Shown in pieces: positions 1 to 14,536 of a stretch of DNA of 64,000 nucleotides (positions are counted from its first letter, which is position 1; each line of letters begins with the position of its first letter). Under the pieces are notes generated by a model. It made no database searches, was not told where the DNA came from, and was given only the letters and a program-made list of their open reading frames with translations. Source of the stretch: Octopus sinensis (taxonomy: Eukaryota); the NCBI RefSeq assembly GCF_006345805.1, contig NC_043009.1, positions 7,750,001-7,814,000 of the forward strand, read 5' to 3'. A program made the translations under genes and the position numbers.

Positions 1-309
1 CACACAAACATACATACCTGCAGGCATATATACACATACGTATGTAGATATATAAATGGTCTGAAAATACTTAGCTCATTAATATGCAACTATGTTCCAC
101 ATAACAGACCTGCATAAGCATACATTCATCATCAATGTCATAACCATCATCATCATCAACAACAACAACAACAACACCAGTAACAACAACATAGTATTGT
201 TATTTATCAATATCTCAATACCGTTTGCTTTCGGGCTTCATCTTATTGCTTTTTTCATTTCATTTCACCAGATTTTCTTAAACCGCCTTTGCGTAATTTT
301 CAAACACAC

Positions 310-350
<41 letters not shown>

Positions 351-395
351 TACATATTACTACATTCATACGCATAAAAGCTTCTACATCTGTAC

Positions 396-453
<58 letters not shown>

Positions 454-484
454 TATATATAATATATATATACATATATATATA

Positions 485-735
485 TTTACGGAGATGTACT
501 CGCATAGCAAGTAATTTGATCTGAGATCGTGTGCTGAAACGAAAACAATTGCAGCGTGGAAGGTGTTTATAAGCCATTTAAGAAACACACAAAAGCCGTT
601 CGATTCACTTCAACATTTAAGTTTAATTTGTCAAAATATTTTCGTCGCTAAAAATTAAACTTAAATGTTGAAGTGAATCGAACGGCTTTTGTGTGTTTCT
701 TAAATGGCTTATAAACACCTTCCACGCTGCAATTG
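485..735. repeat. Fold-back element between (TA)n tracts: perfect 84-bp inverted arms (546-629 / 652-735) around a 22-nt loop
   Basis: caattgcagcgtggaagg...gtttaattt is the exact reverse complement of aaattaaac...ccttccacgctgcaattg. Confidence 0.9.
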
Positions 736-815
736 CATATATATATATATATATACATATATACATATATATATACAAACACACATAAATGTATACATAT
801 ATATATATACATACA

Positions 816-1200
<385 letters not shown>

Positions 1201-1749
1201 CAGTACGTTAACTCAGCTCCACATTACTTAATGTTTCATGTGCGTAAGAAACACCATCTCATGTGATGTTCATAGATAGATTGGAGAGATTTTAAAAGAA
1301 ATTTTAAATGGTTTATTGGTAGATGTACTTCAATTGGTCAGTTCAGACCATGTAATTGTTTATGTGATGAAAGCGACATTTATGCTATGAAAATGAAAGT
1401 TGGATATTGTTATATCTATGTGCAGGATGTTGGTGTCACATTGTCGGTTATAGTCATTTCATACCACACATTGTGAAGTATGAAATGAATTTAGGCGAGA
1501 TCTTGGCGTCAATCCGTCGATTAGCTACCATTCTCTAGAGCTTGTACACTTTATCAACAACAGTTTTCACGTGGGAGGTGACCGATTTGATGGTGTCAGG
1601 TGACAAATGATATTGCGTGACCGATATGATTATGTTGTGGTTTCTACGGTCAGCAAGAAGAAAATGCATATCCAGCCCTTCCGTGTGAGCCAGCTATGTT
1701 TAGGGTTTTATAGCCAAGTTATCAGCTGCAAAGGGCTTGAAATTCATTA

Positions 1750-3170
1750 GTAGGGTGTGTCTCGAGAAGTAGCAGTAAGAGGGGTAATTTCTTTCTGTTG
1801 GTGGATAATGTGCACTAGTGAATAATATATAATTTCACATGGAGTCACAGTTTGCAATGATGAATTCAAATGAGTAAGGAGGGGCCCAGTCAAGGATTCT
1901 TCATTCGATTTTAGGTATCGGAATCTCCAGAGAAAGCGTGACAAGGAGATGTAGTTTTTCATGTTCCAACACCTGAAGGATTATATGTGTTATGTATAAC
2001 TTCCCTTAAAGCCATCAGATTACATACCTGTGTAGTCTCTTGTGATGATATCTGATGGTGTGAGAGTGGGTTTATAGACCATAGTCTTTGAAAAATTCCT
2101 GTCTTTTGTAGGGTTTCAGCTGTTACAGTTTGGAATGTGGTTAGTGTTTACATCTATTGTTGAGTGCAGTGACTGAAGCGATACTATCTAAACAGGAGCA
2201 ACTAACCTTGACATTACAGGAATCGAAGAGTTTACAATATTTTCAGATTATTTAGCTCTTAGCTATCATTCTCTAGAGCTTGTACACTTTATCGTTTATT
2301 AGAGGAAACTTCTAGATTGGATGGAGAATCAAAACAGATTACATTTCTCTTTCTAACTCTCTTTAGATTGAGGTGAAGTAGGGAACTCCCTATATTCAAT
2401 AATTTATGGATAATGCCACTCCCCTCTAGTGTCTAGCTATTGCGGTTTATGGTGCCGTTGAAGACCCTTTTGTCTGTTTATACATTTAAGACTCTCCTGC
2501 TGACGTCTATATCTGGATTTCTAACAACAGCGGGTTGGGAGGGGTAGAGTGTCCATAAACGTAAACAGTTTCCTCTTTGGGCTTTCTGTAAGGTTAGTAC
2601 TCGTACGTCTTGAGGTCGAGGGTTACGTCCAGGAAGTCGATCTCCAAGTACTTGCTATGAAAGGAACTATCTGTTGAGCCTAAAGAATTTCGCATTTGCC
2701 GACAAGGGGACATGAGTTTATGCTAGCACAATTTTATTTGATTTGATTTTTAAGTTGTTATTGTAATTTCCTCTGTTCATGCCACGGATTCTATTGCCAA
2801 TGATGCTAATATTATTGTAGTTAATTTTGAGTAATTTCATGATAAAGACTTTGTAGTACATATGAATAATTGGAGAATATTTCTCGACTAAGCTTTAAGA
2901 TAATTTTTTTCGTATCAGATGGGTCACACAAACTGTAAGGTGGACTGACCCAAGTGATATTAAGCTTTCGTAGTTTTTTGTAGCTTTGCGAGGTATGACT
3001 AGATATATTCTTTCCTTGTGGAAACCATTCACTTTCAAGGCCTTGTAGTTGGATAATGCTACTCAAACTTACAGAGGATGACTGAAGGACTAATTATGTG
3101 TACAGATTTTTTATTTGTTCTCGTATCAGGGTGATGTCTTCCTTGTGTTTAAGTCTAGCGTTGATATTAA
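1750..3170 (-). mobile_element. Decayed Penelope-like retroelement: linker plus GIY-YIG endonuclease
   Basis: Minus strand gives RKLNITWVSPPYS (cf. PLE RNIIWFNPPYS, ~2935-2975), CASINSCPLVGKC (~2695-2735) and one frame reading KTMVYKPTLTPSDIITRDYTGM*SDGFKGSYT*HI*SFR...NYISLSRFLWRF (2090-1921). This matches the PLE GIY-YIG pattern VY..YIG..FK.RY..H..SFR..LS..IW. Confidence 0.75.
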
Positions 3171-3192
3171 TATTAATTAACAATATTATTAT

Positions 3193-3410
3193 TAAGGCAG
3201 CGAGCGGGCAGAATCTTTAGCACACCAGACAAAGTGTTTAGCACATTTCATCGGTCTTTACGTTCTGCGTTCAAATTCCGCCGATGTCGACTTTGCTTTT
3301 TATTATTTCGGGGTCGATAAAATAAGTACCATTTGAGCACTAGGTTCGATTTAACCGATTTAATTCCTCACCCGAAATTGCTGGCCTTGTGCCAAAAGTT
3401 GAAACCTATA
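3193..3410 (+). mobile_element. SINE family B (tRNA-like head, Meta-domain-like body)
   Basis: aaggcagcgagcgggcagaa head, B-box-like gttcaaattcc, gactttgc...tttcggggtcgataaaataagtacc; recurs at 36100, 44230, 50695 and 54520. Confidence 0.8.
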
Positions 3411-3679
3411 TTAATATTATTGTTAAGCTAAGTTCTTTAAATGCATTAATAAGAGCTTTGCTAAGTATATCAAGCCGACAGTCGTTCATTTGGTGTGAAA
3501 TTAACAAGCCATTATCTCTGAAAATAAAACAAAACTGCCAAAATACGTAAGGCGGATTTTTCTTCGAGGTGAGTCCGAGATATGTATAATCCTACTATCT
3601 CACAAAACTTCAGCCTCTTCATACAAACCCATTGACACGTTAAATAGTGTGCCCGTTACATTTAACCCAAAAATTATCA

Positions 3680-4109
3680 CAGGAGTGGCTGTGTGGTAAG
3701 TAGCTTGCTTACCAACCACATGATGCCGGGTTCAGTCCCACTGCGTAGCACCTTGGGAAAGTGTCTTCTACTATAGCCTCAAGCTTCTTGCAGTTTCCGT
3801 CTACCAAATCTACTCACGAGGATTTGGTAGACAGAAACTGAAAGAAGCCCGTCGTATATATGTATATATAAGTATGTGTGTGTATATGTCTGTGTGTCTG
3901 TGTTTGTTCCCCCCCCCCACCAACATCGCTTGACAACCGATGCTGGTGTGTTTACGTCCCCGTAACTTAGCGGTTCGGCAAAAGAGACCGATAGAATAAG
4001 TACTAGGCTTTCAAAGAATAAGTCCTGGGGTTGATTTGCTCGACTAAAAGGCAGTGCTCCAGCATGGCCACAGTCAAATGACTGAAACAAGTAAAAGAGT
4101 AAAAGAGTA
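3680..4109 (+). mobile_element. SINE family A (tRNA-derived head, internal microsatellite, taaaagag tail)
   Basis: ggagtggctgtgtggtaag A-box, ggttcagtccc B-box, conserved 3' half ending gactgaaacaagtaaaagag; more than 15 copies in the window. Confidence 0.9.
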
Positions 4110-4344
4110 ATCAAAACCTTGTAAATAATTCCTGATATACTCAATAATACTAATTTCAAAATCACTAATGGAGGTAAAGTTCTGGACAAATTCCAAAGCA
4201 TTAAAATGAGCTTAGACAGGAATTGGTAAAAATACCACCATGTGAAACCGCAAATTTCCAATTACATTTATTGTCTATTTGGTTAAACGAATTGAATAGA
4301 GAAGAGCCATTTTTCCATAAATGCAAATTCGTGGCCTCCCCCCC

Positions 4345-4411
4345 CCTCTCTCTCTCTCTCTCTCTTTCTTTCTCTTTCTTTCTCTTTCTTTCTCTTTCTC
4401 TCTCTCTTTCC

Positions 4412-4444
<33 letters not shown>

Positions 4445-4533
4445 TCTTTCTCCCTCTCTCTCTCTTTCTCTCGCTCTCTCTTTCTCTTTCTCTCTCTCTT
4501 TCTCCCTCTCTCTCTCTTTCTCTCTCTATTTCT

Positions 4534-4570
<37 letters not shown>
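4345..4570. repeat. (CT)n/(CTTT)n polypyrimidine microsatellite
   Basis: Direct reading. Confidence 0.95.
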
Positions 4571-5499
4571 TCCGTTCTATCAATTATTTATACAATCGCA
4601 GATATTACACTCTCTTTTTCACTTTCACACTCTTCCTTCATAACTCTTTACTTTCTCTGTCGCATATTTAATTGTAACTGATGTTATCTCAGTCCAGCAA
4701 ATGTTCTACCTCTTACTACCTCTCTTTTCTTTCTCCATCCATCTCCGTCCTCTTTTTACCTTTATCTTTTTTCTCTCTTTCCGTCTCCGTGTGTCCTTAT
4801 GCTTCATTTTTTCTTTCCTTTCTCTCTCTCTCTTATTTGTCTCTACTTCTACTTTCTTCTTACCTAATCTAGTATATTCATTGTTGTCGCAGTGTTTTCT
4901 TACTCTATCTTTTTTGTTTTTACCCTAATATCGAAATACCCCTTCAAGCGTTAAGTATTTCAAATGACAAACTTACATTATAAGCGCTTTAAATATTCGA
5001 ATCTCAGCATTTATCAACATCGTTCTCACCATATGCGTTTTAGCTATGTAAGCCTTTAATTTGTAATGAAATATTTGGTCGTCTCAAAAATCAGTAACGC
5101 AAAACGTAAAATTGGAAATTTTGGAAAAATCAAATAGATGAAAGGAAATATGCATATCTGATCAAGCAGACACCGTAGAGACTTTAACAAATGCAAAACA
5201 ACGATATTTCTGATAGCGTTAATTGTAGTAGCAATTCTCTTTGCATTGCTAAATCAGACAGCCGCAGTCGATACGCGACAGCTCCTGAAAGAAAAAGAAC
5301 ATTGTAAAGGTACGTTAAAATGGATATTGCCTTTGCCTTCTTGCCCGTGGAATATATTCAGAAACAAGTAAGATGAGTAACACACCTCAATTATTATTTT
5401 TTTTTTCAACAACGGCAGAGACTTTCTATTGTCTACAAAGGGTAAATTGGTAAAACCCTGATCGGTTTGAAGTACGATGAGTGTTCCAATCTATCGGGA

Positions 5500-6750
5500 T
5501 GGGTTCGAATGGCAAATTAAGACTGGTCTTTAACTTAAGGCAAAGGTCAAGCCGCTGCAACAAGCGGAGTTGAAGTGTCAAGCACCTGCCTACAAGCGGG
5601 TTCCACTCTGTATCACAGTCAGGTATTTAATGGTAATGTTTACTCATAGCTAGCTCATCATCACCTGTGTGGTACGGGTAGATGGTGAGCACAAAGGAAA
5701 CACAGAACAATATGCAATCGGTGAGGTCTTCGTAGACAAGCAAATCCTGATGACCGCTAAAAACTAGATCCCTGCGTGGATAGAAACTGGGACAACGTTA
5801 CGAGCAAGGGCATTAGTCTCACCCAGAAAGGGGCTGAGAGCAAACTATTCGTGAAAGGTCGGAACTAGAGGGTAAATGCATATCTTGCCTTAGTTACATA
5901 TTAGGGCCTGGCCGTCGTGCCTTCTCCTACTTTTTACTTTTTGCCCAGATTAGAGCATCTGCTCTTTCACTTCTTTTGGAAGAGATGCGTTCTACTGGCC
6001 AAGCGCTCTATCTGCTGTGAATATCCTCTGCATTGAGGGCTCGATATGTAGTCGCTACTGATGCACAGACATGCGTTACGACTACGAGGTCTATAAATAT
6101 TCCTAGACGGTGAGCAATTATGCTTATTCTTTATCAGATACGTTTTCTGTCTGCTCGTCTCTGATGGAACAGCAATTCTTGGTCAAGCGGAAACCAAGAC
6201 TATGTACCTGGCATCTGGAACGCAATTAAGCATTCATAGTCCACTACAAGTCGGGAAATAAGATTAGCGATACTTCAACCTTGGCGTTCTATAAAGAATT
6301 AGTGGTCGACAAGAGCGATGAAGTTTACGGGAAACTCTAGGTATCGATAAGAATCAATAGGCTGTGCTGTTCGTGAGAACTTTCGGCATAGGAGTTATGG
6401 ATAACTTCAAGAAATCCCTTGTGCAGCAGTGCCACATGGAGTATTTAACAAAGTTTACGGTCAATGGTGTGCAATCAATCAGACCTGCCCAAAATCTGTG
6501 CTGGGTGATGAAACAATTTTGAACGTATTTGTTCAGTGTCGAAACATTGCTGGTTTGTGAAGTGCTATGGAGCCGCCGAGCCCATCGTGAAGATCGACCC
6601 ATCACTCTCTTTTGATCGGAATGACAAGCAGTTTTCTTGTCTGATGGCTATAGCAAAAAAGACTGTGTGATGGATGAGACTGAAAGTGCTGACGACAATT
6701 ACTTTCCTTTCCAAGTTAATATGAAAAAGAAAGTGAAAGTAGAAAGACAA
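5500..6750 (-). mobile_element. Very old non-LTR RT remnant (CR1/L2/Jockey-like)
   Basis: Minus-strand peptides ITQHRFWAG..C (cf. QHGFR.GRSC), RDFLKLSIT (cf. LDFSKAFDTV), LEFPVNFIAL and HSLGFRL occur in the expected order; heavily decayed. Confidence 0.4.
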
Positions 6751-7131
6751 GTGTTACCTCCAGTAAATTTCCTGGAAGGTGGGTAAGAGTAAATAACTTT
6801 GCACCAGTGATCGGGTCTACTCTGAACATGTTCCTATAAGACGAGAAACGAGGGATGAGAGTCGAAACTTGTCTTGGAAGTCAGAGCCATTAAGTTTTTT
6901 GTTGGGTTTCCTTGATTGATGCTAAACACCGATCCCTTCATATTGGAAAATTTTGTAATTTTGTTGTTATTTGTTATTTTTGTTATAGTTTGTTTGTACA
7001 ATCACTAGCTTTTATATTTTTGTCATTTTGTTATTGCTTTACTTTATCTTTGGACCCTTGTGGGTAATGAGGAAATCATCAACATCGTCATCATCATCAT
7101 CATCGTCATCGTCATCGTCGTCGTTACCATG

Positions 7132-7190
<59 letters not shown>

Positions 7191-7212
7191 CATCATCATT
7201 ATCAACGTATAT

Positions 7213-7375
7213 GCGCAGGGGTGGCTGTGTGGTAAGTAGCTTGCTTACCAACCACATGGTTCCGTGTTCAGTCCCACTGCGTAGCACCTTAGGCAAGTAT
7301 CTTCTACTATAACCTCGGGCCAACCAAAGCCCTGTGAGTGGATACGGTAGACGGAAACTGAAAGAAACACGTCAT
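7213..7375 (+). mobile_element. SINE family A, 5' half
   Basis: Matches the head of 3680 up to gaaagaaacacgtc, then runs into (TA)n. Confidence 0.88.
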
Positions 7376-7380
7376 ATATA

Positions 7381-7426
<46 letters not shown>

Positions 7427-7469
7427 TATATATATTCGATTCAATAATAATAATAATAATAATAATAAT

Positions 7470-7541
<72 letters not shown>

Positions 7542-7784
7542 TCCAAAATTACCTTAGGAATGCGAACCCAGGTTCGAAATTTCCCTAATACACCTGATGA
7601 AGAAATGTTAACAACAAACAAGATGAGGACAAATATCCGTCAAATGTAAATAATGTAAATAATGTACATAATTCCTCATCTCTTAAGTATAGAACTGTAC
7701 AGTCTAGTACTGCAATCGATGTAACTGACTTGCCACTTATCCCACAATAGTGCTGGCCTTGTGCCAAAATTTGAACCCAGTAAT

Positions 7785-8160
<376 letters not shown>

Positions 8161-8523
8161 TTTGCCTATTTGTTGTTACTATTACCGTTCGTTCCAGTGT
8201 CTATTGATTTTTAACGCGTTGAAATTTTGCCATCGAAAAACATCTCCTTAAGGGAAGTACATGATATATCCACCCTTGGCAAGAACATATATGCCTCTGT
8301 GTTTGTGTTTGTGTGTGTGTGTAGGGAAAGAGGGGGAGAGAGAGAGAGAGAGAAGGGAATGAATAGTTCAAAAGAGAGGAAAAAAAACTGTGCTGTCCCT
8401 CAAAAGGGTTTGTCTGGCGTAGTTTGATAAGGTCAGATAATAAAAGAATATCCGGATTGCAAGAATAACATGAACAGAGAGAAAAGAACAGAAAGGAAAA
8501 GAAAGAAGGGAAGAAAGAAAGAG

Positions 8524-8558
<35 letters not shown>

Positions 8559-8829
8559 AGACAGACTGACAGTCGACTGAGGAGAAAGAAAAAAAGACAT
8601 GAATATATATATATATATATATATATTATACATTATATATTATATATATACATACCTACACATATATATATATATGCATTTATATACATACATATGTATG
8701 TGTGTGTGTGTGTGTCGGTGTGTGTGTGTGCATACCTTAGGAATACACATATAAATATGCACATATAAATATATACATATATGCATACATATATGTATAT
8801 ATACATATATGTATATATACATACATCTA

Positions 8830-8863
<34 letters not shown>

Positions 8864-9209
8864 CATATATATATATATAACGAGAAAGAGAGAAAGAAGG
8901 AGAGCACGGGGAGAGAGAGAGATTCTGATCAGATAGAAGAAAGATTCTTTTCAACTTTGAGCAGAAGGTGATCCCGCAAGAAATTCTTGTCAAATACGTT
9001 GAAGAGCCGGAAACGTCAGCATGCTTCAAAAAGAAACGCTCTTGTGAGTCAGTAATTCCACGTTTGGACGTTCTTCCTCTTCTTTCTCTCCCTCTCTCTC
9101 TCTCTCTTTTTATTCTCTCTATCTATCTATCACTCTCTCTCTCTCGCTCTCTGTTCATAACTTTCTCTTTCTCTTTCCCTATATTGCTCTACAATCCTCT
9201 CTCTCTTTC

Positions 9210-9240
<31 letters not shown>

Positions 9241-10652
9241 CCCTCTCTCTCTCTCTTGCTCTCCTTTGTTCGAACTATCGATCTGCTCCTTTCATTCCCA
9301 TTTCATCTTCTTTCCGCTCTGGTCTATCATATATATTTCGATAGCTGTAATTATATCTCTTTGCATGTTTGTCTGTCTCTTTACATGTAAAGTTCTTTCT
9401 ACTTTCTGATTCTCTGTCGGACTGGTGCGTGCGTGTGCGTCCGCGTGTACGTGTGCGTGCGTGAGCGGGCGTACCTGTGCGTGTGTGTGTGTGGTCGTGT
9501 GTGAGTCTGAGCTGTCTGTCTATTCATCACCAGCCAGTTTGTCTGTCAGCTCTTTGTACATCTGTCGATCTTTATTCTCATATACGCATACATAAGCATA
9601 TTTGTACATGTATCTACCTATCTATAGATTTATATATATATATGTATATATATATACTTTTCTCCCTTTGCTTTGGTTTTGCTGTTGTGATTTTGGCTCT
9701 CCACACAATATATATTGAATAATACATCATTTACCACCTCATCCCGTCACTGTAGACGTATTTATGTATAGATGTGTATTTAGTTATGAATATATACCAC
9801 GTATGTGTGTATTTAGGCATACACATTTATGCATATATACGTATAAATATACGTGTTCATATCTGCATATATATGTATGTGTACATGCATATATATTATA
9901 TTGAGAGAGGTGGGGTAAGCGACAGCTTGCTAGATAGAAGGATGTGTTGATGAGTTGAGATCTGAGGCTTAGACTTAGGTATGTATAAGTTTTTGTCTTC
10001 TATTATATCTTTTATACGAATGCAAACAGTCATATGCTGATAAAGATGTGTTAGTTTATAGATAGATAAATGTCTGGATGAGGAAAATAGAAAGGAGATA
10101 TACATCTAAGTGTGTGTGTGAATGTGTGTGAAAGTACGTATGTATATATTTGTGTGTATGTATGTATATCATTGTTCAGTTTTATTTCAAGATTTCTTGC
10201 CAATAGAGAAAGAACCTGTTTCTCACCTAGATCTAAGGCTCCCTTATTGAAATTTCAATATCAACAACAGGGTATTTCTGTAAGTATGCATGTATGTATA
10301 TGTGCAGATTTGTACGTTTTGTTTTATGTATGTATTCTCATGCGTATAGTTGCATATATAGACATGCTCACACATATTCAAATAATAAACTTCTGGAAAG
10401 TTTTACAGAGTTTTACCATTTCAGTGAAAGATTGGGTCTGTAGTCTTCGAATTAGCTTTCTCCTTTCTGGTTTTGAGAAGCTTAATTTCTCAAGATTTGT
10501 ATTTAGGCAGTGTGGTACGTATGTATGTATGTATGTATGTATGTATGTATGTATGTATGTATGTATGTATGTATGTATGTATGTATGTATGTGTGTGTCT
10601 ATGTGTATACAGATATATATATATATATATTATATATATATATATATATTAT

Positions 10653-10702
<50 letters not shown>

Positions 10703-10890
10703 CGTGTTATGGATATATGATCTCAATACACGTCTGGTTAAGTTCGTTACAACAACGTGCTAACAGGTTCGATTCCACTGGCAAGCTTCTTGAACAAGTA
10801 TTTTCTGGCATAGATTCGTGTTGATCAATATATCGCGCGGATACGTATGTGTGCGTATGTGTTCTGATATATATATATATATATATATAT

Positions 10891-11142
10891 CGTTGCTATT
10901 ATGCAAAAGTGTCGTAAGTCCATAGCTTTGTTGTGTTTTTTCAGATAACCAAAAAATAGTTTCACCATTCCATAGCAAAACCGTTGTACTACACTTTGGC
11001 AATTTTTGATGTCTTGACATCTGAAGCAGCTGGAGATACGATAGTTTGACCAAAAGAACTGGTTATTGCAAGCAAAATTAAATATTGAAAAAAACGCATT
11101 TGGCTAAATTTGGACATACGACAGTTTAACATAATAGCAACG
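10891..11142. mobile_element. MITE with ~30-bp imperfect terminal inverted repeats
   Basis: cgttgctattatgcaaaagtgtcgtaagtcca ... tggacatacgacagtttaacataatagcaacg. Confidence 0.7.
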
Positions 11143-11559
11143 AAATAGATCAATCGATAGATAGATAGATAGATAGATAAGTTTCTTTATTGGCCACACA
11201 GGGCTGCACACAGATGGGACAAGTTACAAAGTAGAGCTTTTCTTTTGGGGGATGAAGAGAACAAAAAACAAAAGAAAAAAAAGAAAAAAGGGGTGGCGTA
11301 GGTTTTCGATCAAGAGGGATCGTAAAAGGGAAGAAAAGAACAAAAAAAAATTAAAAAATAATAAAAAAATAAATAAATAAAATAAAAAATAGATAGATAG
11401 ATGGTAAGTAGGTAGGTAGGTAGGTAGGTAGGTAGGTAGGTAGGCAGGTAGATATCTAGGAAAAGATTAAAGTAAATTAGCGGAAATGGAAAGAGAGGAA
11501 TAAGAGCGGACAGTACACCATACACCACCATACTACTCAACAAATCACATCACAACACG

Positions 11560-11966
11560 CCACAACGTACACACCAGCACTGACTACTTCCCAGCTCCAC
11601 ATTTTCACACCTACACATACACACACGCACACGTCAAGACCACCAGCCCTCTTCCACATGTACATACAAAACCTCTTACACACACGCACGCGCACCTTCG
11701 TTTTGGGATCACCACTACTTTATTATCTCCCCTTCTTCCTAGCTCTCCTGTGTGACCCTTCAGTCTGGCATTCGCCATGATAGATCGCTAGCCACTACAC
11801 ATTTTTTATTTTCTCTTCTTGTTTCTTCTGTGTTCCTTTCTGTGGAAGAGTATAGGCTCAAAACGTTCGACTTTTTCACTTCCCGATCGGTAAACTAATA
11901 CATCTGTTTGTTGTCTACACCATCTGTCTTCGTTTTTGTGTTGTTTTGTTTTTGTGAATTATCCCT
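11560..11966 (+). mobile_element. Short PLE-terminal-repeat-like element with a degenerate hammerhead (11836-11870)
   Basis: CTGTGGA-A-GAGT-ATAG-GCTC-AAAAC-GTT; homologous to 12232-12438, 26608-26762 and 62308-62500; ends at (TA)n. Confidence 0.6.
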
Positions 11967-12199
11967 ATATATATATATATAATAGATATATAATATATAT
12001 ATATATACATACACAGACACGCATATATTTATGTTATATATACACATACACACACATAGACACGAGCACACACATACACATACACAGACATACATATATA
12101 TGTGTGTGGATGTGTGTGTGTATATACATGTGCGCACGCAGACACAAACACACATATTTATATGTATGTATACATATATACATACATACATACATGCAG

Positions 12200-12232
<33 letters not shown>

Positions 12233-12330
12233 ACGGGAAGCTTTATGAAAATAAACAAAAGACGAAGGCAGGTGGAAAACAAACGAACAATTGTATTAGT
12301 ATGGCGCTCAGGAAATATAAATAAAACAAG

Positions 12331-12368
12331 TCTTTAACGTTTCGAGCCTACGCTCTTCAACAGAAAGA
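12331..12368 (-). ncRNA. Type I minimal hammerhead ribozyme motif (variant core CUGUUGA) inside element 12232-12438
   Basis: Minus strand TCTTT-CTGTTGA-A-GAGC-GTAG-GCTC-GAAAC-GTT-AAAGA: 5-bp stem I, 4-bp stem II, palindromic AACGTT stem III. Confidence 0.65.
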
Positions 12369-12439
12369 TACACAGAGAGAGAAAAACACAGAAAGAAGGA
12401 GAGAAAAAAAATGCGTGCAGTAGCTAACGAATCAACATG

Positions 12440-12498
<59 letters not shown>

Positions 12499-12607
12499 TA
12501 TATATATAATATATAATATATATATATATAAATACATATATATATATATATATGTATGTATGTATATATATATATATATATATATAAATACATATATATA
12601 TATATAT

Positions 12608-12648
<41 letters not shown>

Positions 12649-12830
12649 TATATGCACATATATATATACACATATATATATACGTATATGTATATACTAC
12701 AATGATACATACATACATGCATACATTCTCATATACACACACATACATGCATACACGCTTACATGCACGCATACATAAATACAGAAAAAATATATATACA
12801 TACATTGATTGATTGATTGATGGATGGATG

Positions 12831-12865
<35 letters not shown>

Positions 12866-13032
12866 GATTGATTGATTGATTGATTGACAGATAGATGCTG
12901 AATACTGTGCAGCTGCTTTGAAACCTCATACGCTCTCAAACAAGCATATTATCTGTATCGTTATCATCATCATCATTATTTGTTTATGTTGTTGTTGCTA
13001 TTATTATTATTATTATTATTATCATCATCATT

Positions 13033-13065
<33 letters not shown>

Positions 13066-13795
13066 GTTATTATTTTAATTAATCTAGGGAGAAAATGATA
13101 AAACAACCCGAGACAAATGACCCAATACAAAGATAGAATAGAAATCCGTTGCAAATGGCGGCTTTGATAAGCTGACCTCTTGAAATAGTTGTAATGTTAC
13201 ACAGAGAATAATTTCAGAGCCGTTTGAAAGATAACAGAACGGCAAAATTGCGGAGAAATGAGCTTGTTAAACACGACACTGAGACATTTTAAGGTTCTCT
13301 TAAGGGTCTTCTTCTACTTGGATTGTCTTTCAATGCACAGAATCTGAAAGCGGGGAAGAACTAAATAGAATTCGTCCGAATATGACGTCCTTAGTATTTG
13401 TATTGATAGCTGTGGTTTGGAGTTGTAAAGGTTAGAATTTTATTCATAGGCTGTCAAACCATAACAGATGGAACCCATATATGGAAATATTGTAGCTATT
13501 GCGCAGCCTCTGTTCTTTATTCTGTTTAGGAAAGGCGGGGAAACTCAGAACGTGTAGATGTGTGTGTATTGATGTGTAATGGATGTATAGTGCATGTGTG
13601 CATGTGTGCATGTGTGTATGTGTAATGGATGTGATGTACATGTATGCATGTGTGTATGCGTATATGCTCGTATGTATGTGTGTGTATGTATGTGTGTATG
13701 TATGTATGTATGTATGTATGTATGAATGAATGTATGTAGAGAGTGAGTGCTGCGAGGGATAAGTGTTTGTATATAAAGATAGATAAATGGATACA

Positions 13796-14183
13796 TAGCT
13801 TGCTTACCAACCATATGATGCCGGATTCAGTCCCACTGCGTGGCACCTTGGGCTAGTGTCTTCTACTATAGCCTCAGGCCTACCAAAGCTTTGTGAGTGG
13901 ATTTGGTAGACGGAAACTGAAAGAAGTCCGTCGTATATATATATACATATATGTATGTGTGTGTATATGATTGTGTGTGTGTGTGTGTGTTTGTCCCTCC
14001 CCCACCATCGCTTGACAACCGGTGTTGGTGTGTTCACGTCCCCGTAACTTAGCGGTTCGACAAAAAAACGATAGAATAAGTACTACGCTTACAAAGAATG
14101 AGTCCTGGGGTCAATTTATTCGACTAAAGACGATACACCAGTATGGCCGCAGTCAAATGCATGAAACAAATGAAAGAATGAAA
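13796..14183 (+). mobile_element. SINE family A
   Basis: Homology to 3680-4109. Confidence 0.88.
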
Positions 14184-14184
14184 T

Positions 14185-14536
<352 letters not shown>

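Noticed and set aside
5747-5790. CTGATGA..GAAAC
   Set aside because: Stem II does not abut GAAA, there is no NUH site, and it lies within a LINE remnant
8999-9018. TTGAAGA-GCC-GGAAACGTC resembling a hammerhead
   Set aside because: C3 is missing and no stem II can form
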